From Eledone cirrhosa (taxonomy: Eukaryota), in contig OZ024743.1 in assembly GCA_964016885.1 (NCBI GenBank), forward strand, positions 153,760,001-153,824,000: 64,000 nt of DNA, in the 5' to 3' direction. Shown piece by piece: positions 1 through 11,679 of the stretch; within the stretch, counting starts at the first letter, position 1; each line of letters begins with the position of its first letter. Made by a program: the position numbers and the translations under genes. Under the pieces are notes generated by a model. The model did no database searches, was not told the DNA's origin, and worked only from the letters and a program-made list of their open reading frames with translations.

Positions 1-424
1 TATGTGCTTGAACATTGAAACCCCATACAATCATTGTAGGAAATAAAATTGAAAAAAACTAACAGTAAATTTAGCAATAGCTCCAGATTGACTTCAATTA
101 TCTTCTTCCTGAAATGTTTGTGTGATAAATTTTAGAAAGTGTTTGTTATTGTCTAAACATCATTGTAATATATATTCATAGCACTGCCCCTGTCTTTCAA
201 AATAATCAGAGTTGGACGTCTTCAGAATTCATAGAACTGTCTGGAATAATCTGTCATTATCAATATGTTTAACTGAGAGCAACATCCATACATCACATTC
301 TTTCCCCTGACTCCGTCTGTGATATTTTATTCTCCTCCATTTCATTCTCTCATATACAAATATTTATCTATCTATTAGTCTGTCTATCTAATAGAAAAAA
401 CTGCCAGCTAATTAACTAAAGGTA

Positions 425-473
425 CATGCACACATACACACATAATGCATACACATGTGTATATGTATATATG

Positions 474-525
<52 letters not shown>

Positions 526-680
526 CAGACTCATACATATATATATATATATATACACACATTACACACACACACATACATATTATCATCATCATCATCT
601 TCATTTTTAAAAGCAGGCGATAAACGATGATGATGATGATGATGATGATGATGGTGATGGTGATGATAAGTATGTGTGTG
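425..680. repeat. Compound microsatellite (CA)n/(TA)n/(CAT)n/(GAT)n
   Basis: Directly visible simple repeats; they explain the low-complexity ORFs here. Confidence 0.95.
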
Positions 681-1889
681 TAAGGCATAAACAATTTCAA
701 TCAGATGAGAAAATTCAAGCAATTATCAGACAAAACTTCTTTTGTTGATTGACTTTCATTCTTTCATGGTTGATAAAACAAGGTACCAGTATAGGGTGGT
801 AGATAGATAGAATTTTGAGAGCATTAGAGATGCCTCATGGTTATTTTTCTGGCAATTTGTATTTGGTGTTCAATTCCTGCTGTTGCTTATTTAGGTGGCC
901 TGCTTAATCTGTTACTTGATTTAACTCCACCACTTAAATCATGAGTGCCTTTACCAGAGTTCATTCTGTTGCAAACATTTTAGCCAATTCCCTGAGTTGC
1001 AGATATCTTCCTGGGAGGCACTGAAATGGAGAATGAGCATTGCTCTTCCATTGCTGATTAAAACAGGGAGGAATACAAATACTAGTAGTGTTACTACATT
1101 CACATTTCTAAATATATATATATTGATTACTCTTAGTCATGCCAACTAAGTAGAATAATGCTTCATTGAGGTTTAATAAAACCAAAGCTTGCCTGCTGCA
1201 TTCACCAGTTGACATTAAAGCCAGATCTACCCCAATTTTCATTGCCTATAATGTTAAAAAATGTCAATCAATTGATCTTACATACTTTTCTTATTTAATT
1301 ATAAACACCCTTAGTAGAAGAATTTGTCTACTAATTGCTTGTATAGTCTCAGTTGACTGAATGTTTTAACTTATTACATTACATACGTGAAACAGTGCCA
1401 TATTTGTGTTTAGTTTACAGAACACTTGAAATATTCATAACTATGACAAATTTCATTTTTCTATCTCTGCATGTGTCTCTCCTCTATATCTTGCTATAAT
1501 GTATCTACATGTCTTACTGACTGCCTGTCTACTCTGTTTCTCATTAGATGTCTATCGCTATTTAATTCATACATTTTCCAAAGTTCCTATTACACTCTCT
1601 CTTTCTCTCTCTCTTAGACAGTGTGGATCTATGTTTCTCTATTATCTGACCTTCTTCATCCTGTTCTCACTAGATCTTCTAAAGTCATCAATCATTCTGA
1701 CAATCTCTCCTTCTCTCTTACTCTATCATTCAATACTGCAGATGTCGTATTCCTTAGCTCTCTGACGACTTCATCATCAATTATTCAGCCACTGCTTCAT
1801 TAGGCATGTGTAATTTAATATGCATAATAATGGTAATTTTTACCTTGCTTCAACAAGGTAAATGTGAAGTCTTAAAATGTTTTCTATTT

Positions 1890-1943
<54 letters not shown>

Positions 1944-2643
1944 GTACATATAGATGATGATGATGATGGTAATATATATATATATATAATGTTACAGAAT
2001 GAAATTATAGTAGTTTCTTTTTAACTAGCATTAATTTATTGTGGCTCAGTGGGGAATGGTGCAATTAGTAGAGAGATAATTAACAAATTTATAAATTTTA
2101 CTCAATATATCATGTTTCTGAATTTTTAGTTCTACTTTCACAGTTGTCTAATGATAGAAAATATCAGAATAAACTCTAACATGCACGGTTGTAAGTAAAC
2201 ATACCATGAGTAGACTGGACATTGATACGTAGAGCTGGTGGCAGACTGCACAGGTTGCCAGGTTATCCAATGGCAAGTGGTCCACAGGGGGCCCACAGTA
2301 GCATTGCAGGAGCCCACTGTAGTATTTTAGGAGCCAATGCTTTGCTTTCAAAAATATCTTTCAGAAAATGTCTTAGAGAAGGAATAATTTAAAAAAAAAA
2401 AAAAATAAAAAATAAGCAAAGCATTTGGTCAAACCATTCCCTAGGGAATTAATAGAAACCAAAATATATGAGAGTGCTAACAGTTAGAGTCACTGGCTTA
2501 CTGTATTTATTGATGCATAATTTCTGGAACTACAAATTCAACACCCAAAGAGGTAAACATTTCCAACTTTTCCACATCCACTCTGTCTGAATGTTCTCTT
2601 AACGTAATATCTGCTCCAAGCTCAATTTAAGATGTGTTTACCA

Positions 2644-3615
2644 TACATTGATGATGTTCGGCTTGGATTACCCATTACTCAAATACTTTTGCGTTCCAAA
2701 CATTCGCGGCATTAATTCACTGTCTAATGCAAGATTCCTGGAATCAGAATGTGCTGCTATGATGGAATACATTCTAGAATGGAAACATAACACAAATAAT
2801 TGTTTCTACTTTAGGCACAAGGCCAGCAATTACCCAGTACATTACTGGTACTTTATTTTATCGACCCTGTAAGGATGAAAGGCAAAGTTAACCTCGGCGG
2901 GATTTGAACTCAGAACATAACACAAATAATAAATGCTATTAACCATTGATAGGAACCTCACACATATAACGCACCAAAATATACATGAAGAGCGAGAGAA
3001 AGAAACAAAATAAAAGGAAGGGGGACAAAAAAAAACGATCACCAATGCACTACCAAATAAATTTTTTTTTTTAATCGGATTGGAAAGAGAGAAGTAATAC
3101 AAATTAAAAACAAACCAACATGTGTTGCTCCCCACACGGATATATACACATATATGTGTGTATTTGACATACCAACACACATATGTACGTGGGCATACAT
3201 GTATGTGTATATATGTATGTGGTATGCTAATATTATGCCATTCCTCATGAGTTAATGACCACATTTACCACGCTGCTTCATCACTTCTAACACATTCTCA
3301 AATCCACTAGACTCTACCCATATCTACATTGATGATTTTAGGCTTGGATTATCTGATTACCCAATAGTTAAACATTCGCGGCATTAACTCACAGTTTAAT
3401 CCATGATGCTGGGAATCAGTATGTTCTGTTATGATGGAATGCATCCTAGAATGGAAATATAACCTCAAATAATAACTGCTAGGAACCTCACAAAATTAAC
3501 ACACCAAAACATACGAGAAGAGCAAGAGAAATAAATGGAAACATAAAACAAACAAAAGAAAACCGCCCACCAATTCACTGCCAAATAATTTGAATCGGAT
3601 TAGACAGAGAGAAAG
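2644..3615. repeat. Diverged local duplication (copy 1 ~2644-3095, copy 2 ~3325-3615)
   Basis: Both copies run TACATTGATGAT..GGCTTGGATTA..AAACATTCGCGGCATTAA..ATGATGGAAT..CTAGAATGGAAA..AGGAACCTCAC..AATCGGATT. Confidence 0.85.
2801..2913 (-). mobile_element. 5'-truncated tRNA-derived SINE (Meta-domain-like) with 17-bp TSD
   Basis: Reverse complement of the 18480 SINE from the B box (GAGTTCAAATCC) onward; AACATAACACAAATAAT at 2784-2800 and 2914-2930. Confidence 0.9.
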
Positions 3616-4969
3616 AAAAGACCAAAAAAAATAAAGAATATATTTATTTGCCGTTGTGCTGCCAAATGATGCCGAAAGCCACTGACCCGCATCTCCGGTC
3701 AAGAAGGTGACAGCAACAGGATAATAACATAGACCCCGCATCTTCGGTAAAAGAAGGCACTCAAGCCTCAGCATACTGCCTGGCAGCCCGACCTGGTAGC
3801 AGTTTTATCTCCACCACCATTAACAAGAGGAAGGCAATAACAGCAACAGTGACATTAACAACAACTCTACCATTAACAAGAGGAAGCCAACCCCAGCATC
3901 AGTGACTCACCTCCAGCCACAAGGTCCTATGACAAACTGATAAGTTGCTCGCTTGTGTGCATGCTGAATTCTGGGTCTTTCTGCTGGGAACAACACCCTG
4001 TTTTCTCCCTCCCCCACCTTTTTTTTTTCCACATTCATCCATTCACTAACATTTACTAACATTCTACCTTCCTGTGTGTCCTCCTCCATGCAGCTCCTTC
4101 TTTTCTGACCCCTCTATATATATAGGTGAGCTATGAGGCCCAATTACCAGCACTTTCCCTTCCATGCACACACGCCAGCCACCCACCCCTGATGCCGCTC
4201 AGTGCCCCAGTCCCAATCCCCAATCCTTCCAAGCCAACACCTGCAGCACTTGCAACACTACTAACAAACGGAAGAGGGGCCGGAACTGTTTGGGGTGCGG
4301 CTGCTTCCACCACCTCACCTGCGTTGGCTTGACTCATCGAGCTTCCAATGCCCTTGCAGCGTGGAGGTGCAGGAGCTGCCTCTTCTCCACGTCTTCCCAG
4401 CCATGGACGTCTGGCACACCACCAGCTTGGATAGCGAGATGACCTGGCGCCCAAACCTCGCTGGTCAACATCGCTCGATTCTGGTGGCTCCAGAAGATCC
4501 CACTCAGGATCCCAAGGGCGGCATGAGTGTTGGTAGCCGATGCCCTCGCTTCCTCAATTGAGAGTGCCCTGGACTCCAATTGAACCTGTGACTGGGAGCG
4601 GCTGTTCTACTTCACCCCACTCGCCCTCGGCCTCCCCAGCTCTGGTGCTGACGGGGTGGCCGGTCAACAGCAGCCTTCGTCAAGGCTAATGTCTCGTCCT
4701 TTGGGCAAGCACCCATTCCAAGCATGCCCAGGGACGCCGCACACCCCACCCTCAGGTACCCCCTATCCTCCACCCCCAAGTCCAGCACCAAGCATTTGCA
4801 TGACCAGGTAAACGCGAAGCTTATCATGAGTGATGTCTCGGCCGCAGTCTCAGTTGTTGCCTCAGAGGACACTGTCTGCCAACCCACCGAGGAGGTCTTG
4901 GCTGCTCTGTGACTCAAACACCCTGAGCCACCTACTGATATCAGACCCATACCCCCACCCAGCCCCCAC

Positions 4970-5809
4970 TTGCTCCTTGTGGCTTCTGATGCAGACATCA
5001 TGTCCGCCATCAGGTCCTTCCCAGCTACCAGCTGCGGAGGTGTTGATGGTCTCCGACCAGGCCACCTCAAGGAGTTGATATCCCCCCTCTCTACTGAGGC
5101 CAGGCGCCGCCTTCTGAGTGCAATTGTGGCCCTCACCAATAGGCTCATCCATGGCACCCTGGACCCTTATGCCTGAAGCCTCTTTTTTTCGGCCAGCCTC
5201 ACCGCTCTCAGGAAGAAAGAGGGTGGCATACGGCCCATTGCTGTGGGCAATGTCTTCCGGAGGCTGGCTGCCAAGGTGATCTGCAAGTCCGTAACACACG
5301 AACCGGGTGAGGAGTTTAGTCCAGTGCAACTGGGTGTCGGCGTGTCTAGTGGCTCTGAGGGGGCCGCTCATGCAACCAGGCAGTTCTTCAACAGCTGCCC
5401 ATCAGCACCGGCATCCAGGGACTCCAGGCACCTCATTGTCAAGCTTGACATGAGGAATGCCTTCAACTCTTTACGCCAGGATCATCTGCTTGAGGCCTGC
5501 TTCAGGCGAGCCCCCTCTGCCTACCCGCTGGTCTACCTGTCTTATGGAGCCCAGAGCATGCTCCTTGCTGCTGATACGGTCATACCCTCGGCTACTGGGG
5601 TCCAACAGGGCGACCCTATTGGACCCTTCCTGTTCGCCCTTGGTATTGACCACATCGCTCGGAGTATCACGGCCCCTCTCAACGTTTGGTATCTGGAGGA
5701 TGCTACGTTGGTGGGCCAGTACGGACGGTCTGCCATGACCTTAAATTGGTGGTTACCGCCCTGGCGGAAATCGGCCTTCAGGTCAACTAGGCCAATTCGG
5801 AGGTGGTAA
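4970..5809 (+). pseudogene. Reverse transcriptase domain of the CRE-like element
   Basis: ORFs 4970-5176 and 5243-5809 carry RT domains 0-5, split by a TGA; a frameshift follows WYLED. Confidence 0.88.
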
Positions 5810-6619
5810 ATGTCAGCCTCGATGCTGTGAGCTTTGCAGCCTCCATCTTGGACGTGTGGTCCATTCTCCAGCAGGTTCAGGTAACCCCCAAAGAGGATGT
5901 CCTCATCCTCAGGTCACCGATCCACTCACCGGCCATCCGCTCCACCATCAGGTCCTGCCTTCAACAGCTCCAGACTCTCATCAGCCAACTGGGCTTGATT
6001 GACGGTCACCCAGATCTCTTTCCGCTGAGGAACTGCTTCACCATGCCAAAGCTCCTCCATGCACTCCGCAGCACTCCATGCTACAACCAGATATCTCTCC
6101 TCGCTGACCTTGATACTTGCATCAGAGCAGCAGCGGAGGAGATATGCAACGTCAAGTTTGACGACATAGGGTGGCAACAGGCCAATTTAGTTGTCAGGTA
6201 TGGCGGCCTTGGCCTCCGGTCCCCAATCTCACTAGTTTTGCCAGCGTATCTTTCGTCGGTAACCTCATGCCTCATACTCAGCAGCAGGGTTCTTCAAAAC
6301 ACAACAGAACCCTCTGTGTTCAGAGAACGTGAGGCCACCTGTCAGACATGGGACCGGCTGGAACTTAGCCCAGTAAACGTCCCTCCTCCTTCTCCCCCTG
6401 TTGACGTTAAGTCCCCCCAACGCATTTGGGATGCCATCCAGTGCAACCTGGCCTCAGACAGGCTCACGCACCAGCTCGACCAGCACCGCCTTGCTTGTTT
6501 TTGTGTGGCCTCCAAACACCACAGTGGTGCCTGGCTCCATGCCCTGCCCTCCTTCTGCACTGGCATGCAGCTAGACAATCATAGCCTGTGCATCGGCGTT
6601 TCCCTGAGGCTCGGCCTCC

Positions 6620-7205
6620 GGATCTGCCAACCACTGTCACTGTGGTTCCACTGTGGAATCTTTCGGCCTCCACCCGCTTTCCTGTTGCCACAGTGCCAGC
6701 CGCATCCCAAGTCATGCTGCCCTCAACGAGGTCATTAAGCATGGCTTGGACGCTGCAGGCTTCCCTTCCCAGCTCAAGCCGGTGGGGCTGGATCGAGGGA
6801 ACGGCAATAGGCCAGATGGCATGACAATCTTCCCGTTCCGCGGTCGCAAACCCCTCATCTGGGATGCCACTTGCACTGACACTTTCTGCAGCCACAACCT
6901 GGTGCAGTCTGCGACTGACCCAGGTTCTGCTGCACATCGGGTTGAGGGGGCCAAACTCATAAAATACCGGGCACTCTCCGACAGGTTTGCGGTCGTACCC
7001 TTGGAAGTGGAGACTTCTGGTGTCCTTGGCCCCCAGGGCTACCTCCTTATTCACCACCATAGGTGCTGAGCTGGCCAGCTGCAGATCTGAGCCCTGCGAG
7101 TTGGAGTGGCTCTTCCAGCGCATCTCCCTTGCCGTCCTCCAAGGAAACGCCTTCTCCATTCTGTCTGCCGGGGCTGTGGGTGGGCCCCATCATGTACCGT
7201 TGTAG
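6620..7205 (+). pseudogene. Restriction-like (PD-D/ExK) endonuclease of the CRE-like element
   Basis: ORFs 6653-7069 and 6987-7205: RPDG...WDAT...KY...VET...QRIS..V.QGNA. Confidence 0.85.
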
Positions 7206-7308
7206 TTGTAGAAGAAATGGGAGCTAAATTGTATAGTGATATTAATGTTAGTTTGCCAACAGTTAGTATTTACAGTTAATGCATACATATATACATACAC
7301 ACACACAG

Positions 7309-7347
<39 letters not shown>

Positions 7348-7350
7348 AGA

Positions 7351-7771
7351 TGAGGGGTTAAATTTTATCTATATCCTTTTATAATTGCATGTTATCAGTC
7401 TTCGAAGGATCTCGTTGTTTATAAGCGATATAAGTGAAATACCTTAATCGAAGAGTTGGTAGCTTCTCATTGGTAGTAAATGCTTCTGACTTCCAGGATA
7501 TAAATAAATAGTTCTTTAACACTCAATCCTCTATAAATATAGTTTTATTTGTCAAAAGGAATGTAGGAATCATTTTACAATAATTCTTCGCGCATCCGTA
7601 TCATCTCCTGGTCAGCTCGGTATGTCTGGTCTCTCGAGTGCTGTCTGAGGTTTTTCACCAGAGAGCGAGAGTGAGATTGACTATGTATTCATACGCAACT
7701 TCCCATTGGTCAGCTTGACCTTATTGGATATGAAAATGCTGCTATTGCGAGGTGCAATGTAGTTCCATTAC

Positions 7772-7772
<1 letters not shown>
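7351..7772 (-). mobile_element. Candidate solo LTR between (TA)n tracts
   Basis: 422-bp block bounded by TG...CA, with AATAAA on the minus strand (~7545); no clear TSD. Confidence 0.45.
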
Positions 7773-7802
<30 letters not shown>

Positions 7803-7883
7803 CACATGAGCTGCTGGCCAAGTAATTTTTGATATCAATGGGTTAAAGACATATTTAAAATCAACTAGTGGTCAGTTCTTCAG

Positions 7884-7922
<39 letters not shown>

Positions 7923-8070
7923 CTATATATACACATGTACACACATACACACACTCGCGGATATATATATTGAGTAAGTGTGTAAGAACAAAGTTCATTA
8001 TTGAAAGTCCCTGCATGTTTATACTTTTTATTGGAGAGGGTAAATATGATCACTTGCATACTCTACTGTA

Positions 8071-8168
8071 AATAACTGTTTCTACTTTAGGCACAAGGCC
8101 ACCAAATACCCAGTACATTACTGGTACTTTATTTTATCGACCCCGTAAGGATGAAAGGCAAAGTTAAC
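8071..8168 (-). mobile_element. 3' fragment of the tRNA-derived SINE family
   Basis: Near-identical to 2801-2890. Confidence 0.85.
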
Positions 8169-8259
8169 ACACCACCACCCTACACCACTGCAGCCACAGT
8201 TGGCCATTCAGCTTCCTCAGCTGTATTGAAACCATCCATTTATTATCTCTAACAGTAAC

Positions 8260-8430
8260 AGAGAGTGGGAGGGAGAGAGAAAGAGAGGGAGAGGGGGATA
8301 GGGAGAGGGAGAGAGAGAGAGGGAGGGAGAGAGATAGAGAGAGAGAGGGAGAGGGAGAGGAGAGAGAGAGAGAGAGAGGGTGAGAGAGAGAGATATGGGG
8401 GGGGGGGAGATGGGGGGGGGGATAGAGAGA
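8260..8430. repeat. (GA)n/G-rich purine tract
   Basis: Direct observation. Confidence 0.9.
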
Positions 8431-9934
8431 TATGTAAATAACAGTATACTATACATTCACAAATATTCAAAAACTCAATTATAACATTCTGTATTAACAT
8501 TTAGTATTACTGTATACTGCAAGTAATATGTATACTATATATAGTATACATATTACTGTGTATTTAATGTGTATTTAATGTGTATATAATGTGTATTTTT
8601 ACAATTAGTAAAAATACACATTTTCCCCCAAAAAGATTTTATTTCACTTATGTATTTCACTTATGTATTTTTTGATTTCACTGTTTTGATTTCACTTATG
8701 TATTTTTTGAAAATGTTATTTATTCATTATAACATTAAATGATAGCATTCTATATATGGGTGGGTCCCCTTTATCTCCTGGCAACCAATAGTTTTAGACC
8801 CAGTGCACCGCTACTTAGAGCTGAACCACATTAACTGAGAACTGTAACCAGTAATGGATACCTTTCACTTCTGGTACTCTTGATGGGACTTAGGAGATTT
8901 AGGCAGTCATCAATGACTGTTGGCAGACTACTGCAATGATCATGATCATATTTAAGTACAAGCTCGTGTTTCTCATTTTATGAAGAAACCTTTATTATTT
9001 AAATTAAACCTTACAATCTTAAAATTGTGGATAATATTATCCATTGCTTAAGAAAGTGCAGGATGGTCATAGCTGGAAAACCTTTAGGCATAAATCTCCT
9101 GTGACAGTGCTAGCCAGAACACTCCAAAACAACAGCAGCTTCATCTTATCAGAGAAACCCTATGTGCTCTCAGAACTTACTAGGAATAGAATCGAAATCC
9201 CTGTCAAATCACATACTACTATATCAAATAGGGAATGACATACATACTGTCAGGAGGTTAACAGTTGAACCACAATTGACCTATAGGTATACTTAATCAG
9301 CACTAATTTGGAGCTAAATAACAGCTATTTCATGTTTTTCTAACCAATAAGGTAACTTTTAAACTTTCTGAACCAGCTAGAAACAACAGCAAGATTACAC
9401 TGTATATCATTTGAAAAAAAGGACACATTGCATATTGTGGTCTTGGGAAAAGGGCAAGATGCTGATACTTTGGATCCTATATTGGGTTACTAAACAAGAA
9501 GAAGATGAATACTCACCTTCCCTTTTCTATTATAATCATACATTGTATTATGTTAATCAAAAGCTATCTCTCAATGAAACATTATAGATATAAAGGGATT
9601 TCAGAAATACTTCCACCTTACAGCATTTATCTCTATAAAATGTGAACCACACATTGCACCCTACAGTTCTGTAATTTGTTGATTGTTGCATAATATATAA
9701 ATTTCCCCCAAAGGATGTATTGGATTTTCAATCATTAGGTTGAGTGCTCAATTCCATGACTGTTTGGGTGTTGGGTCTTTGAGCAAGACACTTCATATTG
9801 CTTTTCATGATATGACTGGTATCACTATCATTAAAATACCCCCAAATCTTTTTATGAGCTACAATCTCATAGAAGGCAAGTTAAACTTACATAGGTAAGA
9901 GCCTTTCAAACTCTATACTGCTGTAATGTATTAT

Positions 9935-10085
9935 TAGTTTCAGTCATTGGACTGCAGATATGAGGTTAGGGCACCATCTTCAAGGATTTAATTAATCACA
10001 CCAATATTATTGCTTATTTCTATATTTTACTTATTTCAATTGATTCTATTTATTTGCTGAATGGCTAAGTTGTAAATCAACTTGA
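9935..10085 (-). mobile_element. Old SINE relic (second family)
   Basis: GTTTCAGTCATTGGACTGC...GCACC...GCTAAGTT resembles, from memory, the reverse strand of a common cephalopod SINE; heavily diverged. Confidence 0.45.
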
Positions 10086-11679
10086 CACAAAATAAATACA
10101 AGCAGGGCACACATATATGCATACATATTTTAATCTAAATCGACCTTTTCGACCTTTTAACATTTTTGTGCAAGTGATCAGTCACAGTGTTTTGGCACTA
10201 CCTTCTCATTCTAAAATAATGATGAAATAGAATAAAGAATAGACAAGCAGAACTTGCATGTACTTCATGTATCTGTAAAAATCTGACATTTTGCTTACTG
10301 TCTAATAAAAACGAAATCATTTATCTGTTCCTATTGATCTTAAAAAATAATGGTAGGAAAGAAATTACAGAATAATTGTAAATGATTTTCTCTTTCTGAT
10401 GCTGCTGATTACACCTCCAAGTTAGACTTGATCAAACATATAATCACAGACATTCCAGCTCTGACTATTCTGCCTGTCTAGAGATATGTAAAACTACATT
10501 TTTCAGTGAGTTATTTTCTTTTATAAGATGCTAGAGTGAGATTTGAGAAATATTTAGTTGCTTTTTCTAGTAGATCAGGAAACCATATATAGTTTTCTTA
10601 ACTGGCTGTATCCATATCTTAATAACTACCTGAGTGAAAGCTCCAGATTCAAAGCTATGATTATTGAAACATGATTTCAATTTCTTCTGGCAACCTTTTA
10701 AAGAGAAAGAATTGAACACCACATGTTCCTGTTTCTTCTTAACTAAATTTCTGCATGTAGCATTGTGTTGCATCAAAAGTGTCATCACCTCTTTTAATGA
10801 TTCTGTGATGAAGTATGTAGTTTATTTCATTTCCTTCCTTGGTTTCTATGTGACTCATTAACAACTTTATCATATATATAATTATTGTTTATATATTCAT
10901 GTAATACCATGTTATACCAAGTAATAATATTTGATTTGTTTGCAAGCAAACAGCCTCACTATGCTTGCAAAAAAGTCGAATATTATTATTATTATTCTAT
11001 ATAAGCCATATTTACATTTAGGTAATCTGCTAGGCTAGAGAAAAAAATAAAATCTCTAATTTTTTATATATATTTATAGTTAGAGAATTTTTATATATTT
11101 TATATATATTTTTTATGTATAATTTTTTATATATTTTTTATATAGTTAGAGAAAAACTAGAATTCAAAATATAACAAATATTGAGGGAAAAATATATAAT
11201 TGTCGAACACACAAAAAAAAAAAAACAGAAGTTATCTATCTTGGTTCTTGCTTAGTAACTGGAATTGTTCACTGTGTTAAAAGAATTTCTATGTATCACG
11301 AGATTTCCGTTATATCTCTAAATGTGCTGAATGCTGTGAAATCATTACTCTGTGTGGATTTCAGAAAGATAGGTGCCATTTCTTCATATCTACAAAATTA
11401 TGTTCAAATATTATGTGTAACAGTTTGTACGAAAAGTGGAAGCCGTTACAGCTCTCAGATTTCGTAAAGATGGCTGTATATTTGTTATATATATTTGTGT
11501 TTATGTGACTTGCAACTGTGTTAAAAATACATATCCGACGCTGTATGCTAACCACTCCCTCGTGAATGTAGCATAGAACAGACAAGGGCAGATGGGGTCT
11601 CCATAAGCCATAATGTAGTCTAGGAAAGCTACCACTTTGAATAAATTGGTGTGGGGTATAGAAGTCCATTAAACAACTT

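Larger units (their letters stand above)
4125..7280 (+). mobile_element. Decayed CRE-clade-like non-LTR retrotransposon (PHD finger, RT, CCHC + restriction-like endonuclease)
   Basis: GC-rich island. RT motifs GGIRPIAVGNVFRRLAAK, QLGVG, KLDMRNAFNSL, GVQQGDPIGPFLF, WYLED (YxDD mutated). C-terminal HPLSC..HAALN..RPDGMTIFP..WDATC..KLIKY..VETSG..FQRISLAVLQGNA. Multiple stops and frameshifts. Confidence 0.88.

Noticed and set aside
584-668. (CAT)n...(GAT)n inverted hairpin
   Set aside because: Most simply two opposed RTE-type tail remnants or microsatellites; no further support.
416-722. ORFs rich in YI/HT/CV repeats here and at 24.5, 42.3-42.9, 44.7, 50.0, 52.1 and 60.7-61.4 kb
   Set aside because: Translations of microsatellites.
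10567-10861. Overlapping short ORFs as host exons
   Set aside because: No motifs or convincing splice signals.
11535-11600. HDV-like ribozyme upstream of the RTE
   Set aside because: P1- and P3-like pairings are possible, but P1.1, P2 and the catalytic junction could not be placed.
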